A program made the translations under genes and the position numbers. From Candidatus Levyibacteriota bacterium (lineage in GTDB: Bacteria > Patescibacteriota > Microgenomatia > Levybacterales > GWA1-39-11), in the NCBI GenBank assembly GCA_036788695.1, contig DAIQMY010000001.1:396767-460766 (forward strand): 64,000 nt of DNA. Direction: 5' to 3'. This document shows positions 30,411 through 39,951 of the stretch, in pieces. Position 1 is the stretch's first letter; the number at the start of each line of letters is the position of its first letter. The notes beneath the pieces are model-generated. The model was not told where the DNA came from. It worked only from the letters and a program-made list of their open reading frames with translations, and did not search any database.

Positions 30411-30701
30411 ATGCAAGATAAAAATATTGTCTTAGAGCGTGAGACACGAACAGCAGTCCGAGCAGGGAAAAAAATTAAACTATCCCCAAAAGAATATAAG
30501 TTATTATCATATTTTTTAGATCACAAAAACAGCCTGGTTGATAGAAGAAAATTGCTCACATTTATATGGCAGTATGCCCCAGATGTGGAAACTCGGGTTG
30601 TTGATGTATATGTTGGATATCTTCGGCGCAAGATTGACTCCGGGTTTTCGGAGCGGTTGATTTTTTCCGTTCGAGGTAGTGGGTACATCTTCAAGGGCTA
30701 G
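30411..30701 (+). CDS. stand-alone OmpR/PhoB-type winged-helix DNA-binding domain protein with no receiver domain
   Basis: LSPKEYKLLSYFLDH...VVDVYVGYLRRKI...RGSGYIF matches the trans_reg_C effector domain. The protein is only 96 aa. Confidence 0.6.
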   Translation: MQDKNIVLERETRTAVRAGKKIKLSPKEYKLLSYFLDHKNSLVDRRKLLTFIWQYAPDVETRVVDVYVGYLRRKIDSGFSERLIFSVRGSGYIFKG

Positions 30702-30720
30702 GTTTTTCTATCTTCATTAT

Positions 30721-30770
30721 TTTTCCCAAAAAAAAGCGAGCAAACTCTTATGTTAAAAGCTTGCTCGCTT
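30721..30770 (-). terminator. intrinsic terminator: 10-bp stem then T-run, reading on the minus strand
   Basis: AAGCGAGCAA at 30734-30743 pairs with TTGCTCGCTT at 30761-30770 around a 17-nt loop. On the minus strand it is followed by TTTTTTTTGGG. It lies just downstream of the minus-strand micro-gene. Confidence 0.5.
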
Positions 30771-30796
30771 AGGTTTCGAAACCACTTAGCAGAATA

Positions 30797-31018
30797 TTAC
30801 ATACCTGCAGTTGGTGGAGGAGTTGTTCCCCCGTCTACTGGTGTTTCTGGTTCAGGAGTTGGAGTTCCCATATCCCCAGTTGGTGCTGGTGTAGGTGTTC
30901 CTGTATCTCCTGTTGGCATTCCACCACCCATTCCTCCCTCTCCGCCTGTTGTAGGTTCAGGAGTTGGAGGAGTAGGAGTTTGACCCATTGGGTCTTGTGT
31001 TTGTCCGTTGTTGTCCAT
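30797..31018 (-). CDS. Pro/Thr/Gly-rich low-complexity small protein (73 aa)
   Basis: AGGAGGTG Shine-Dalgarno 9 nt upstream of the ATG. Internal repeats of the form PTGD(T/M)GTPTP. A terminator follows. The antisense plus-strand ORF at 30750-30983 is probably a shadow. Confidence 0.5.
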   Translation of the reverse strand: MDNNGQTQDPMGQTPTPPTPEPTTGGEGGMGGGMPTGDTGTPTPAPTGDMGTPTPEPETPVDGGTTPPPTAGM

Positions 31019-31126
31019 GTATAATATTCACCTCCTTTCAAGAAATTTTCTAAATATAATTAACACAGACATTGTTGCATACTTTTTAATTCATATCAAT
31101 ATTAATGAATACATTTTTATGTATTC

Positions 31127-32824
31127 TTACTTAACTTTTTCACGAATTGCCTGTATGACTACTGCGGTTTTTTCTTGGGGGGAAAGTTGATAGGATTTAA
31201 GAGCAGGGGGAAGGGCAAGCGAATATTTCCCCAATTCATAATATGATAATGAAAGGGTTAGCCATAGAGTTTCAGAATTAGGAAATTCTTTTAATGCGAG
31301 TAGTGTGAAATCGCGTGCATCTTCAGGACTTTTATGTAACAGATAGATTCTTGCTAGGTTTTCATATGCAGGGAGAAATTTTCCTTTAATCGCGTAAAGA
31401 AGGTATTTTTCCGCTTTTGTATAATCTTTTTTTTTCTCATATACAACTCCTAAGTTACTGTATGCGATATACCATTTCGGGTTAATTTTTATAGATTTTT
31501 TAAAGTGAATTATGGCCAAATCATATTTTCCCTGTTGTGCTAGTTGATCACCTATATTATTTTCAAGATAATAATTTTCTCCTGGAAGATTCACGTCTTT
31601 TGTGTAAAGTGTTAGTGCATCCTTAAAATCTAAATTTCTCAGGAATGTTTTAGTGGCAAAAAAGAGTAAGACTATAATAAATACTGCAAGGAAAATTTTT
31701 TTATGAAGAAGTACAAATTTTTTAAAATACTCAGTGAATGCACAAAGTATTCCTAGTAATCCAATCATTGGGAAATAAAACCAACGAGCAGCCACAGTCT
31801 GATCAAGTGCTTTTATGTGTAGGTGCAGTCCAATTCCCATGATGAATATTACGGCAAAAAATAAATAGATAGTTTTAAGCTTGTGAGATTTTCTTATAAA
31901 AAGAAAGAAAATAAGAACGAAAAATGCGATACCTAAAATATCCAAGAATAATGGAATGTAAAAATTTTCAATATCTACTTTTTCAACAACCCATTTTGGA
32001 AGTATGGAGACATTCTGTGGATATAAAAAATACGATAGATAAAAAAAGAAAATTTTAGGTACAGATATCATTCGATCTAAAAAAGGAAGGGATGAAATAT
32101 TTGATTTGACAATGTAGATAACACTATTTTGAGACGCTATGAAACGCAGGGTGAGATATAGTACTGAAGGTAACAGTAAGTATGGAATTTTTTCTATCAT
32201 TTTTTTTCGCATAAATAAGAAAAGGTAAAGTATGCCTGCCAGAAGAAACAATACTCCGCTTTCTTTTGATAAAAATGAAAATAAAAATAGAGCGCTTGCC
32301 AGAAGATTTTTTCTTACAGTTGCATGAGGAGATGTTATAAGAAGCATGGCGATTCCTCCGAAGAAAAAATAAAATACTTCTTGGGCAACTGCAATATAGA
32401 CAACCGCTTCCTGATTTAAAGGGTGAACTAAAAAAATAAGCGCTGAAGCAAATGCTATTTTCTGGCTAAAAAATCGTTTAAAAAATATAAACAAAATAAA
32501 AGCATTGCAAATATGAAGAACAAGAATAGGTGTTCTGAGAAAAAAAGGAGTTAACCCGAAGATGTGTTTTATAAAAGAGAAATAGAATAATGGAACCGGT
32601 CTATAGTATTGACCTAATAACGAGTGGGGATTTGTCGTGTCTATTTGAGATTGCAAGAAAGTCAAAAACGCCATTGGCAGTGGCATTGTGACGTGGTGAT
32701 TATAGAACACAATAAATTCATCCCCAACAAAACCGTTAAACAGCGAATTACCAAATACGCAAAGCCCCACAATAAAAAGAATTGTAAAAATCTTTGTCTC
32801 AGAGAGATTGTCTAGTATCTTCAT
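31127..32824 (-). CDS. polytopic membrane protein with C-terminal TPR repeats (TMTC/PMT_2-like putative glycosyltransferase)
   Basis: About 11 TM helices are followed by about 5 TPR-like repeats (YYLENNIGDQLAQQGKYDLAIIHF..., AYSNLGVVYEKKKDY...). Confidence 0.55.
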   Translation of the reverse strand: MKILDNLSETKIFTILFIVGLCVFGNSLFNGFVGDEFIVFYNHHVTMPLPMAFLTFLQSQIDTTNPHSLLGQYYRPVPLFYFSFIKHIFGLTPFFLRTPILVLHICNAFILFIFFKRFFSQKIAFASALIFLVHPLNQEAVVYIAVAQEVFYFFFGGIAMLLITSPHATVRKNLLASALFLFSFLSKESGVLFLLAGILYLFLFMRKKMIEKIPYLLLPSVLYLTLRFIASQNSVIYIVKSNISSLPFLDRMISVPKIFFFYLSYFLYPQNVSILPKWVVEKVDIENFYIPLFLDILGIAFFVLIFFLFIRKSHKLKTIYLFFAVIFIMGIGLHLHIKALDQTVAARWFYFPMIGLLGILCAFTEYFKKFVLLHKKIFLAVFIIVLLFFATKTFLRNLDFKDALTLYTKDVNLPGENYYLENNIGDQLAQQGKYDLAIIHFKKSIKINPKWYIAYSNLGVVYEKKKDYTKAEKYLLYAIKGKFLPAYENLARIYLLHKSPEDARDFTLLALKEFPNSETLWLTLSLSYYELGKYSLALPPALKSYQLSPQEKTAVVIQAIREKVK

Positions 32825-32892
32825 TTTTTAAATATATCACATATCAGATATGACCTGGATTTCTTTTAGCTCAAATATTTTTACCCCCCATT

Positions 32893-33333
32893 TTGCTACT
32901 TGACATAGATTGCATTTTTTTCTACGCTTATTATGCTATGGATTACAACGAATATACACAAACCACGACTGCTCCTTCAGTATTTCCATCCACTGGATTT
33001 TTAATTGGAGAATTAGTGTTTGCACTTATTATTATTGTAGCGGGGTGGAGAATATTTGAGAAAGCAAAAAAACCAGGATGGGCAATTCTTATTCCGTTTT
33101 ATAACATTTACGTAATGTTAAAAATTGTTGGACGTCCCGGTTGGTGGTTAATTCTGTTCTTTATCCCAATTGTTAATTTTATTATCCACCTTATAGTTGC
33201 TTTAAATTTGGCAAAGTCATTTAAGAGGAGTACAGCTTTTGGAATTTTCTTTCTTTGGTTATTCCCTATAATAGGATTTCTAGTATTAGGATTTGGTAAA
33301 AGCAAATATAGTGGTCCAAGTGTTAAGAAATAA
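32893..33333 (+). CDS. DUF5684-like small membrane protein
   Basis: GWAILIPFYNIYVMLKIVGRPGWW...IPIVNFI...LAKSFKRS matches what I recall of DUF5684. Confidence 0.45.
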   Translation: MLLDIDCIFFYAYYAMDYNEYTQTTTAPSVFPSTGFLIGELVFALIIIVAGWRIFEKAKKPGWAILIPFYNIYVMLKIVGRPGWWLILFFIPIVNFIIHLIVALNLAKSFKRSTAFGIFFLWLFPIIGFLVLGFGKSKYSGPSVKK

Positions 33334-33393
33334 CACAAGCTACAAAACACCTGTCTATATTCTCCTCAAAGCTCAAATTATAATTGGTCTCAT

Positions 33394-33597
33394 CTACATT
33401 CTAAAAAATTCTAAAAGTTCAAACACAAGAAATGCCGGCCAAAATATTGCCTTTACGACTCCTAATAATCCCATCCAAAATGATGTAGCATTAATAATAT
33501 AGTAAACAAGCGCTCCCAGAAGTCCTAAACCATAGACTGCGTCAGGAGTGTTGTTATTTACTACCCTAAGTTTTTGTATTTTATTGCCTTTTATCAC
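33394..33597 (-). CDS. possible small membrane protein (67 aa)
   Basis: Glycine-zipper-like hydrophobic core YGLGLLGALVYYI. No clear RBS. Confidence 0.2.
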   Translation of the reverse strand: MIKGNKIQKLRVVNNNTPDAVYGLGLLGALVYYIINATSFWMGLLGVVKAIFWPAFLVFELLEFFRM

Positions 33598-33715
33598 GGA
33601 AAGAGTATCTAATACCTATATGTTGTTTTCCATGATGTAAATCACATGTAGGTGCTTTTCAGTCTTACATTTAGTAAAATACATATTCAGCGCAACAAGC
33701 GTTTGGAAATAACAT

Positions 33716-33786
33716 TGCCGGATCATCTAATGGTAGGATAGTGGACTCTGAATCCATTCATTCTGGTTCGAATCCAGGTCCGGCAG
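33716..33786 (+). tRNA. tRNA-Gln (anticodon CUG)
   Basis: Hand-folded cloverleaf: acceptor TGCCGGA/TCCGGCA (U1-A72, as in bacterial tRNA-Gln); D-stem ATCT/GGAT; anticodon stem GTGGA/TCCAT; loop CTCTGAA with U33 and anticodon CTG at 33748-33750; T-arm TCTGG-TTCGAAT-CCAGG; discriminator G. CCA is not encoded. Confidence 0.8.
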
Positions 33787-33787
33787 C
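33770..33787 (+). repeat. left copy of an 18-bp exact direct repeat (tRNA-Gln 3' end), putative attL
   Basis: GAATCCAGGTCCGGCAGC; an identical copy lies at 39952-39969. Confidence 0.75.
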
Positions 33788-33909
33788 AAATTTTCTAGCC
33801 TCAAAAAACTATATCAAACCAAACAACCCACTCCTGGATTCGAACTTCTAGCTTCAACTAGCTAATTTTAGTCACTTGTATATAAATATATAAAATCTAC
33901 AATGTACAT

Positions 33910-34452
33910 ATGATTATTAGTCCGTACAAGCAAACACTTTCACATAGCTGCCTTGCCACATGCTTTCTCATGTTAAGACAAAAACATTTTAATGAATTTG
34001 ATGAGCAAAAATTAACATTAGATGGATCAAAAAGGATTTATCCTTTTTATGTTGTTGGGATTGCTATGGAATTTGTTAAGCAATTTAACAGCAAGCTTTC
34101 AGTATATGTTGACAATAAATACTTTGCCTCTGTTTTGAAGGATGCCTTTAAGGAGCAGAAAAGTATAGAAGTCATACATCAAAAAAATACCCTTTCATTT
34201 ATTTCTGAGCAACTTAATAAACAGCCACTTATTTGTCATATAGATGATCATGCCTTAGGGGATTACTCTCATGCTTCTCATTTTATAATACTAGAGAAAG
34301 CTACTAATAAATACATAGAGATAGTCGATCCATGGTTTGGGAAAAGAAAAATGATTAGCAATAAAACATTAGAAAATGCGATACATGAGTTAAGAGTTCA
34401 TGTAAAAATGTGTCCACTCATATTCTCAATAGGAGAACAACAAAAAAGTTAA
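33910..34452 (+). CDS. C39-like (papain-fold) cysteine peptidase domain protein
   Basis: Cys in LSHSCLATCFLML, His in SHASHFIILEK and Asp in DPWFG, with the spacing of bacteriocin-processing C39-type domains. No ABC transporter is attached. Confidence 0.5.
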   Translation: MIISPYKQTLSHSCLATCFLMLRQKHFNEFDEQKLTLDGSKRIYPFYVVGIAMEFVKQFNSKLSVYVDNKYFASVLKDAFKEQKSIEVIHQKNTLSFISEQLNKQPLICHIDDHALGDYSHASHFIILEKATNKYIEIVDPWFGKRKMISNKTLENAIHELRVHVKMCPLIFSIGEQQKS

Positions 34453-34673
34453 ATAACGTTAATTAAGTACTGTTGAGATCTCTGATATACTAGTTCTGGA
34501 TATCTGATTGAGTCAATCCACTTTTTTGTTCGGAAGTCCTCAATCAGTGCCAGCCAATATAAGAACCGAGAGTGACCGTACTCTCTAAATAGCCCGAGCG
34601 GGCCTTGCAAAGTGCCTCATTTTTCTTCAAGACATTCGTACTGAGATTATTGCATTTCAGTAGTTTATTTAGT

Positions 34674-34898
34674 CTATTTAGGTGAAGCCGTATATCCTGT
34701 TTTCTTAATCTGTTCAAGTATTACCTTAAATTCGATCTTTTCTTCATCAAATTCGACTTCACTTTCCTGCTTCGCATAATTAGTTTTTACTGACTTAACA
34801 CCTTCTAAATCCTCTAAATCGAAGTCTATATTCATGGCACACGAACTGCAATGCATGCCATCTATCTTAAGTTTTTTTTTAACTATATTATTGCTCAT
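34674..34898 (-). CDS. copZ: copper chaperone CopZ (heavy-metal-associated domain)
   Basis: GMHCSSCAMNI metal-binding motif (MxCxxC). 74 aa. Confidence 0.8.
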   Translation of the reverse strand: MSNNIVKKKLKIDGMHCSSCAMNIDFDLEDLEGVKSVKTNYAKQESEVEFDEEKIEFKVILEQIKKTGYTASPK

Positions 34899-35917
34899 AT
34901 TACTTCGATCACCCCCGTATACATTCCCATGGAGCAGCTAAAGGCAATCTTACCTGCCTTTTCTGGAGTAAATGTAAACGTATAAGTTTCGTTCGGTTGA
35001 AGGTTTTTACTTATCCCTAGTGATGGTATTCTAAACGCTGAGGCACAACTATATGCATCCTTACTAACTAAGTTTAAGGTAACTGGCGAATCTTTTTTAA
35101 CCTTAATATAGTTGGGCGAATAACCACTTGCAGTAACGTTTATTTGCGCAGTATTTGAAGGTGGTGTTTCATTATATAACTTTACTGTTTCCTTTGGCTG
35201 TGAAGTGGTTTGAAAAATTCCTGATAGAGCTTGTAAAGTTACAGGTGTGCCACTTGCAACTAAAGCTCCATTGACCGAAGTAATTCCTAGATAAATAACT
35301 ACGATAGCAGCTAATTTAAGAAACTTAGCTCTGAAATTATCACCCATAATGCTAGTTAACCAACCTACACCAAAGAATAGAGGTGTTGTGCCAAGAATAA
35401 ATGCGACCATAATCGAAGCACCCAAAAAGGGGTTTGCACTACTTATGGCTAGAGCTTCCATCGCTAAAGTCGTTCCACAAGGAATGAAAATTGTCATTGC
35501 TCCTAATAGCGCAGGTGCAAATAAATCTTTATTTTTAGATGCATTTTTAACTCTACGTGTTAAAAACTTTGGAGGCTGAATAACTGCATATCTAAATATC
35601 GGGTGTACGTTAAGCAAATTTAATGCCACAGCGATCATATAAAGCCCTGCTACAAGTTGCATTATTACTTGAATAGACTGATTGATACCAATAGCTCCAC
35701 CGAAGCCTCCCAAAATAAATCCTAATAATGTATATGCAATAAGTTTAGCTACAAGAAATGCCAAAGTAGGAAAGACCGTATCTTTTTTGTTTGTGCCTTT
35801 TTCTACTTCTTCCTCTTCTTTTGCCGCAATCACAGACGCTAACAACCCACCCTGAACCGCCAGGCAAGTTAATCCTCCAACAGTTAAACCAGTTAGAAAT
35901 ATAAGCCAAAGATTCAT
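34895..35917 (-). CDS. polytopic membrane protein with a C-terminal cupredoxin-like domain (putative copper-handling permease)
   Basis: About 8 TM helices are followed by about 100 aa ending in a Cys/Met/His block (SCASAF... FSCSMGMYTGVIEV). Embedded between copA and copZ. Confidence 0.5.
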   Translation of the reverse strand: MNLWLIFLTGLTVGGLTCLAVQGGLLASVIAAKEEEEVEKGTNKKDTVFPTLAFLVAKLIAYTLLGFILGGFGGAIGINQSIQVIMQLVAGLYMIAVALNLLNVHPIFRYAVIQPPKFLTRRVKNASKNKDLFAPALLGAMTIFIPCGTTLAMEALAISSANPFLGASIMVAFILGTTPLFFGVGWLTSIMGDNFRAKFLKLAAIVVIYLGITSVNGALVASGTPVTLQALSGIFQTTSQPKETVKLYNETPPSNTAQINVTASGYSPNYIKVKKDSPVTLNLVSKDAYSCASAFRIPSLGISKNLQPNETYTFTFTPEKAGKIAFSCSMGMYTGVIEVI

Positions 35918-35919
35918 AA

Positions 35920-38142
35920 TTATATTTTAACCTTTCTAAGTAGCAATGAATTTGAAACAACCGAAATTGATGATAAAGCCATTGCCACTGATGCAAAAAT
36001 TGGATTTAATAACATACCCATGAATGGGTATAGGGCACCCATTGCAACAGGAATCAGAAGTACGTTATACCCAAAAGCCCAGAACAAATTCACTTTAATT
36101 GTACGCATGGTCTTTTTAGAAAGTTCAATAGCAGAGGAGACTGCCTTTAAATCCTTGCTTATAAGTATGATGTCTGCCGCTTCAATTGCTACGTCGGTGC
36201 CTGAACCCATTGCAATGCCAATATCGGCTGCTGCGAGTGCGGGAGCATCATTAATACCATCTCCTACCATTGCGACTATTTTCCCTTCTGCTTGAATTTT
36301 TCTTACTTCTGCTTCTTTTTGGTCTGGCAATACTTCCGCTAATACACGTTTTATACCGAGCTTTTGTGCAATAGCATTAGCAGTTCTTTGATTGTCCCCA
36401 GTAATCATTATCACTTCTATTTTTTTATCTTGGAGTGCTTTCAAGCCTTCTTTTGCGGAATCCTTTATCGTATCAGCAACTGCAATAAGTCCAGCAAGTT
36501 TTCCATTAACTGCAAGCATTATTACTGTTTTTCCATCACTCTCTAGCTTGTTCATTTGTTCAGTAATTTCTTTATAATCAATTTTCTCTTTATCCATTAA
36601 TTTTCTACTTCCTAGAAATACTTTTTTAGTGTTGATCAACCCTTCGACTCCATGACCATCAATAGCTTGAAATTTCGTAACTGAACCAATTTCCAACTTC
36701 TGTTCTTCTGCTTTATTTACGATTGCCTCAGCAAGAGAATGTTCTGATCCTTTTTCAATTGATGCAGAAAACTGAAGTACATCATCTTTTTTGAATGAAT
36801 TAAAAGGAATAATATCAGTGACGATTGGTTTCCCGTTTGTAAGAGTTCCAGTTTTATCAAATACGACAGTATTTACTTTGTTTGCCAGCTCTAAACTTGC
36901 AGCGTCTTTTATGAGGATACCCCGTTGTGCCCCCACACCTGTTGCAACCATAATTGCAGTGGGCGTTGCTAAGCCCATTGCGCAGGGACAAGCAATGATA
37001 AGTACAGCTACCGTATTGAGCATCGCATACAAAAGAGACGGATTAGGACCAAAAATATACCAAACGCCAAATGTCGCGAAAGCAAGCATAATCACGATTG
37101 GTACGAAATATGACGACACTGTATCTGCAAGACGTTGTATTGGGGCCTTACTTCCTTGTGCTTCTTGTACGAGCTTTATTATTTGAGCAATCATGGTATC
37201 AGACCCAACTTTCATTGCCTTATATATAAATGTGCCTGACTTGTTCATGGTAGAACCAATAACCATATCGCCCTTAGATTTATCTACTGGAAGACTTTCT
37301 CCGCTAATCATTGACTCATCAATCGATGATTCTCCTTCAATAATTTCGCCATCAACAGGTATTTTTTCTCCTGGTCTTACGCGAATAACATCCCCAACTT
37401 GTACTTGCTCAATGGGAATATCTATCTCTTTACCATCCCTTATAACTCGTGCTGTTTTTGCTTGCAGTTCTACAAGCTTTTTAATGGCGCTTGAAGTTCC
37501 AGCCTTAGCTTTTGCTTCAAAGTAGCGGCCTAAAAGAATCAGACCAATAACTATCGTAGCAACATCAAAATAAGGCATTATTTCAACGCCTAGACCTATA
37601 AAAACATTAGGGAAGATAGTTACAACCGCAGAATATAAATATGCAACTGTAGTACCTAAAGCAACTAATGTATCCATATTTGAAGTTCTGTTTTTCAGTG
37701 CAGCAATAGCAGTTCTGTAGAACTCTAATCCAGCCCAGAACTGTACAGGTGTGGCTAAAAGCATTTGTACCCAGAAGTTATGCAAAATCGCTGGGGCAGT
37801 GTTCATAAGCCCTGGGAATGAACCCCAGAGGATTAAACCACCTAGTGCCAGACTGGTAATAACTTTATTCCTTAACCCTTGTAGTTCTTTTCTTCTTTCA
37901 GCAAGAGCGATTTCTTCGCTTTTTTCTTCAAGTTCAAGAGTGTAACCAGTTTTAGCAATAGAGTCTGCTAATTGTTGTGGCGTGCAAATGTCTTTATCGT
38001 AGGTAACCGTAGCTTTCTCAGTGGCTAAGTTTACAACAGCCTCTTTAACTCCTTGCACTTTTTTCAAAGCACGTTCGGTAACTCTTACACAGGAAGCACA
38101 ATGCATACCTTTCATTGGAAATGTTTGTTTTGTTTTTGCCAT
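35920..38142 (-). CDS. copA: copper-translocating P1B-type ATPase
   Basis: N-terminal HMA domain [12 protein letters not shown]-like SGESLPV, the CPC motif in [18 protein letters not shown], and [10 protein letters not shown]. Start set at the ATG at 38142 (MAKTKQ). Confidence 0.9.
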   Translation of the reverse strand: MAKTKQTFPMKGMHCASCVRVTERALKKVQGVKEAVVNLATEKATVTYDKDICTPQQLADSIAKTGYTLELEEKSEEIALAERRKELQGLRNKVITSLALGGLILWGSFPGLMNTAPAILHNFWVQMLLATPVQFWAGLEFYRTAIAALKNRTSNMDTLVALGTTVAYLYSAVVTIFPNVFIGLGVEIMPYFDVATIVIGLILLGRYFEAKAKAGTSSAIKKLVELQAKTARVIRDGKEIDIPIEQVQVGDVIRVRPGEKIPVDGEIIEGESSIDESMISGESLPVDKSKGDMVIGSTMNKSGTFIYKAMKVGSDTMIAQIIKLVQEAQGSKAPIQRLADTVSSYFVPIVIMLAFATFGVWYIFGPNPSLLYAMLNTVAVLIIACPCAMGLATPTAIMVATGVGAQRGILIKDAASLELANKVNTVVFDKTGTLTNGKPIVTDIIPFNSFKKDDVLQFSASIEKGSEHSLAEAIVNKAEEQKLEIGSVTKFQAIDGHGVEGLINTKKVFLGSRKLMDKEKIDYKEITEQMNKLESDGKTVIMLAVNGKLAGLIAVADTIKDSAKEGLKALQDKKIEVIMITGDNQRTANAIAQKLGIKRVLAEVLPDQKEAEVRKIQAEGKIVAMVGDGINDAPALAAADIGIAMGSGTDVAIEAADIILISKDLKAVSSAIELSKKTMRTIKVNLFWAFGYNVLLIPVAMGALYPFMGMLLNPIFASVAMALSSISVVSNSLLLRKVKI

Positions 38143-38143
38143 A

Positions 38144-38503
38144 TTATTGAACGATAATCTTTCCATGAAACATATTCATGCCACAGGATATTTCAAATGT
38201 TCCGCTTCTGGTAGGCGTTATTTGTATAGGAGTTGTTTTATTTAACGGTAGATATTTTCTTATTTTAAAATCGGGCAACACAACTTCTTCAAGACAAGAG
38301 CTGGGGTCGCGACGAATAAAATTAATAGTTGTCTGTTTATCTTTAGGAATTGAAATAACGCTTGGAGAATATCCACCTTCTACAGTAATATCCAGACTAT
38401 TTCCTTTTACGACAACCGCTTCACCATCTTTCCTCATTAAGAAAAACCAATAAGTGAAAGCAATGCCACTAATACTAGATATAGCTACAAGTAATTTATC
38501 CAT
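38144..38503 (-). CDS. small cupredoxin-like protein
   Basis: N-terminal TM helix. The C-terminal [16 protein letters not shown] block is paralogous to the C-terminus of the 34895-35917 protein. Confidence 0.5.
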   Translation of the reverse strand: MDKLLVAISSISGIAFTYWFFLMRKDGEAVVVKGNSLDITVEGGYSPSVISIPKDKQTTINFIRRDPSSCLEEVVLPDFKIRKYLPLNKTTPIQITPTRSGTFEISCGMNMFHGKIIVQ

Positions 38504-38552
38504 AAGTTATCTCCTTGGAAGAAGCATATGCACCTCTTCTAAAAAGGTGACA

Positions 38553-39212
38553 CTATTGCCAGTTCTTCAGCCATTGACGCATTTGGTCAATTTCTTTTGT
38601 TTGTGCTGCGATTATGTCATCAGCAAGCTTTTTCATCTCTGGTCTTTCTGTGCCATTTTTAAGCATACTGGCCATCATAACTGCCATTTGATGATGTGGA
38701 ATCATCTCTTCAACAAAGGCTCTATCAAAATCAGTAGACTTCTCGAGATTTGTCATATCAGATGCATCTCCCATCATGCCCATGTGTGTACTATTACTTG
38801 TTCCCATCATTCCATGTTGGTTCATAACTTGATTATCCTGAGGTACTTCTTTACCAAACCAAGTTTTATACCAATCTTTCATTTGATTTATCTCTTTCCC
38901 TTGAGAATCAATGATGTTGTTTGCTAGTTCTTTTACTTCTGGCCGTTGTGCTTTTGTTTGAGCTAATTTAGCCATTGTGATTGCATCCTCATGGTGAGGG
39001 ATCATTTGCTCAATAAAATGAGCATCAATGGAGTTAGAGTTTTGCATTACACCCGTTTGGTTTCCATTTCTATAGCCCATCATTTCCATCATTCCAACAT
39101 TGTTCGAATTAACAATTGTCATTGTTGTGAGCCAAACAAGTATTGTTCCGATAAGTATTCCTCCTAATCCATATTTGAATTTATCGTTTTTCATATTTTC
39201 ACCTCCGTTCAT
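38553..39212 (-). CDS. DUF305 domain protein
   Basis: Duplicated MIPHH(E/Q)xA...M motifs (MIPHHEDAITMAKL and MIPHHQMAVMMASM). N-terminal TM anchor. Confidence 0.7.
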   Translation of the reverse strand: MNGGENMKNDKFKYGLGGILIGTILVWLTTMTIVNSNNVGMMEMMGYRNGNQTGVMQNSNSIDAHFIEQMIPHHEDAITMAKLAQTKAQRPEVKELANNIIDSQGKEINQMKDWYKTWFGKEVPQDNQVMNQHGMMGTSNSTHMGMMGDASDMTNLEKSTDFDRAFVEEMIPHHQMAVMMASMLKNGTERPEMKKLADDIIAAQTKEIDQMRQWLKNWQ

Positions 39213-39484
39213 TATGATTTTTTTTTAAAAACTTCCATTATTTCAGCGATTGATTTATCAGCTTTACCTTTAGCAATTGCATCCGCTACACAAGATTTAA
39301 GATGGTTTTCGAGTAATAGGTTTCCTGTTTCCTTTAATCCGCTTTCAATTGCCTGAATTTGATGTATGACATCAATGCAGTATGCGTCGTCTTCCATCAT
39401 TTTGATGACTTTATCGATGTGGCCTCTTGCGATCTTGAGGCGATGAGTTATTCGTTCGTGAGTGTTTTTTGGTCTGTATGCCAT
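39212..39484 (-). CDS. csoR: CsoR/RcnR-family metal-sensing transcriptional repressor
   Basis: RLKIARGHIDKV followed by the C-H-C sensing triad context (YCIDVIHQ...LKSCV). 90 aa. Confidence 0.75.
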   Translation of the reverse strand: MAYRPKNTHERITHRLKIARGHIDKVIKMMEDDAYCIDVIHQIQAIESGLKETGNLLLENHLKSCVADAIAKGKADKSIAEIMEVFKKKS

Positions 39485-39951
39485 ATATCCCCCTATGAGG
39501 GATATACTAGAGAATTATAGAATAAAAGTCAATGCTATTTCTAAACAAGGGGTAATGAAGTGATGGTTTCGTTGTGAGTATACAGATGCCTTATTTACCT
39601 TCAACAGCCTGGAGAAATGATGGTACTATAATGATAGAATGGGTCTAGACCATGAGGTACAGCAGATTCGACTCGCTTCGCTCGCTTACAGCTATAGCCA
39701 AGAGGAGAATCATCCTAAGTGGGCAACGCGAACCGAAGGAATATGCCTTTTTACGTTTACATTCTTCGTAGCACTTCAAGCCAATTATATTGGTCAAGCA
39801 AAATAATCTTCAGAATAGAGAGCATCAACAATTAACAAAAAGTTCTAAGGCGGCAAAGTATATTAAAGATAGTGAAGAATTTAAACTCGTCTTTCATGAA
39901 GAGTATTCAAGTAGGTTTGAATGTGTAAATTAACTGTGAGCTAGCCGAACA

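Noticed and set aside
30750-30983. Plus-strand 77-aa Gly/Val/Pro-rich ORF
   Set aside because: It lies antisense to the P/T/G-rich micro-gene, which has a perfect SD and a terminator. A repetitive GC-skewed sequence gives open frames on both strands. I kept it as a lower-probability alternative only.
33787-33909. Possible second, minus-strand tRNA just downstream of tRNA-Gln, suggested by CTGGATTCGAAC
   Set aside because: Only the T-arm half is present. No complementary acceptor or anticodon arm could be folded, so I treat it as a partial inverted repeat rather than a gene.
35745-35996. 83-aa minus-strand ORF spanning the copA / permease junction
   Set aside because: It is out of frame with both well-supported genes and overlaps each of them, so it is a shadow ORF.
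36020-38245. Multiple 60-130 aa ORFs on the plus strand inside copA (36020-36295, 36791-37186, 37193-37525, etc.)
   Set aside because: They are antisense shadows within a confidently identified 748-aa P-type ATPase gene and have no motifs or RBS.
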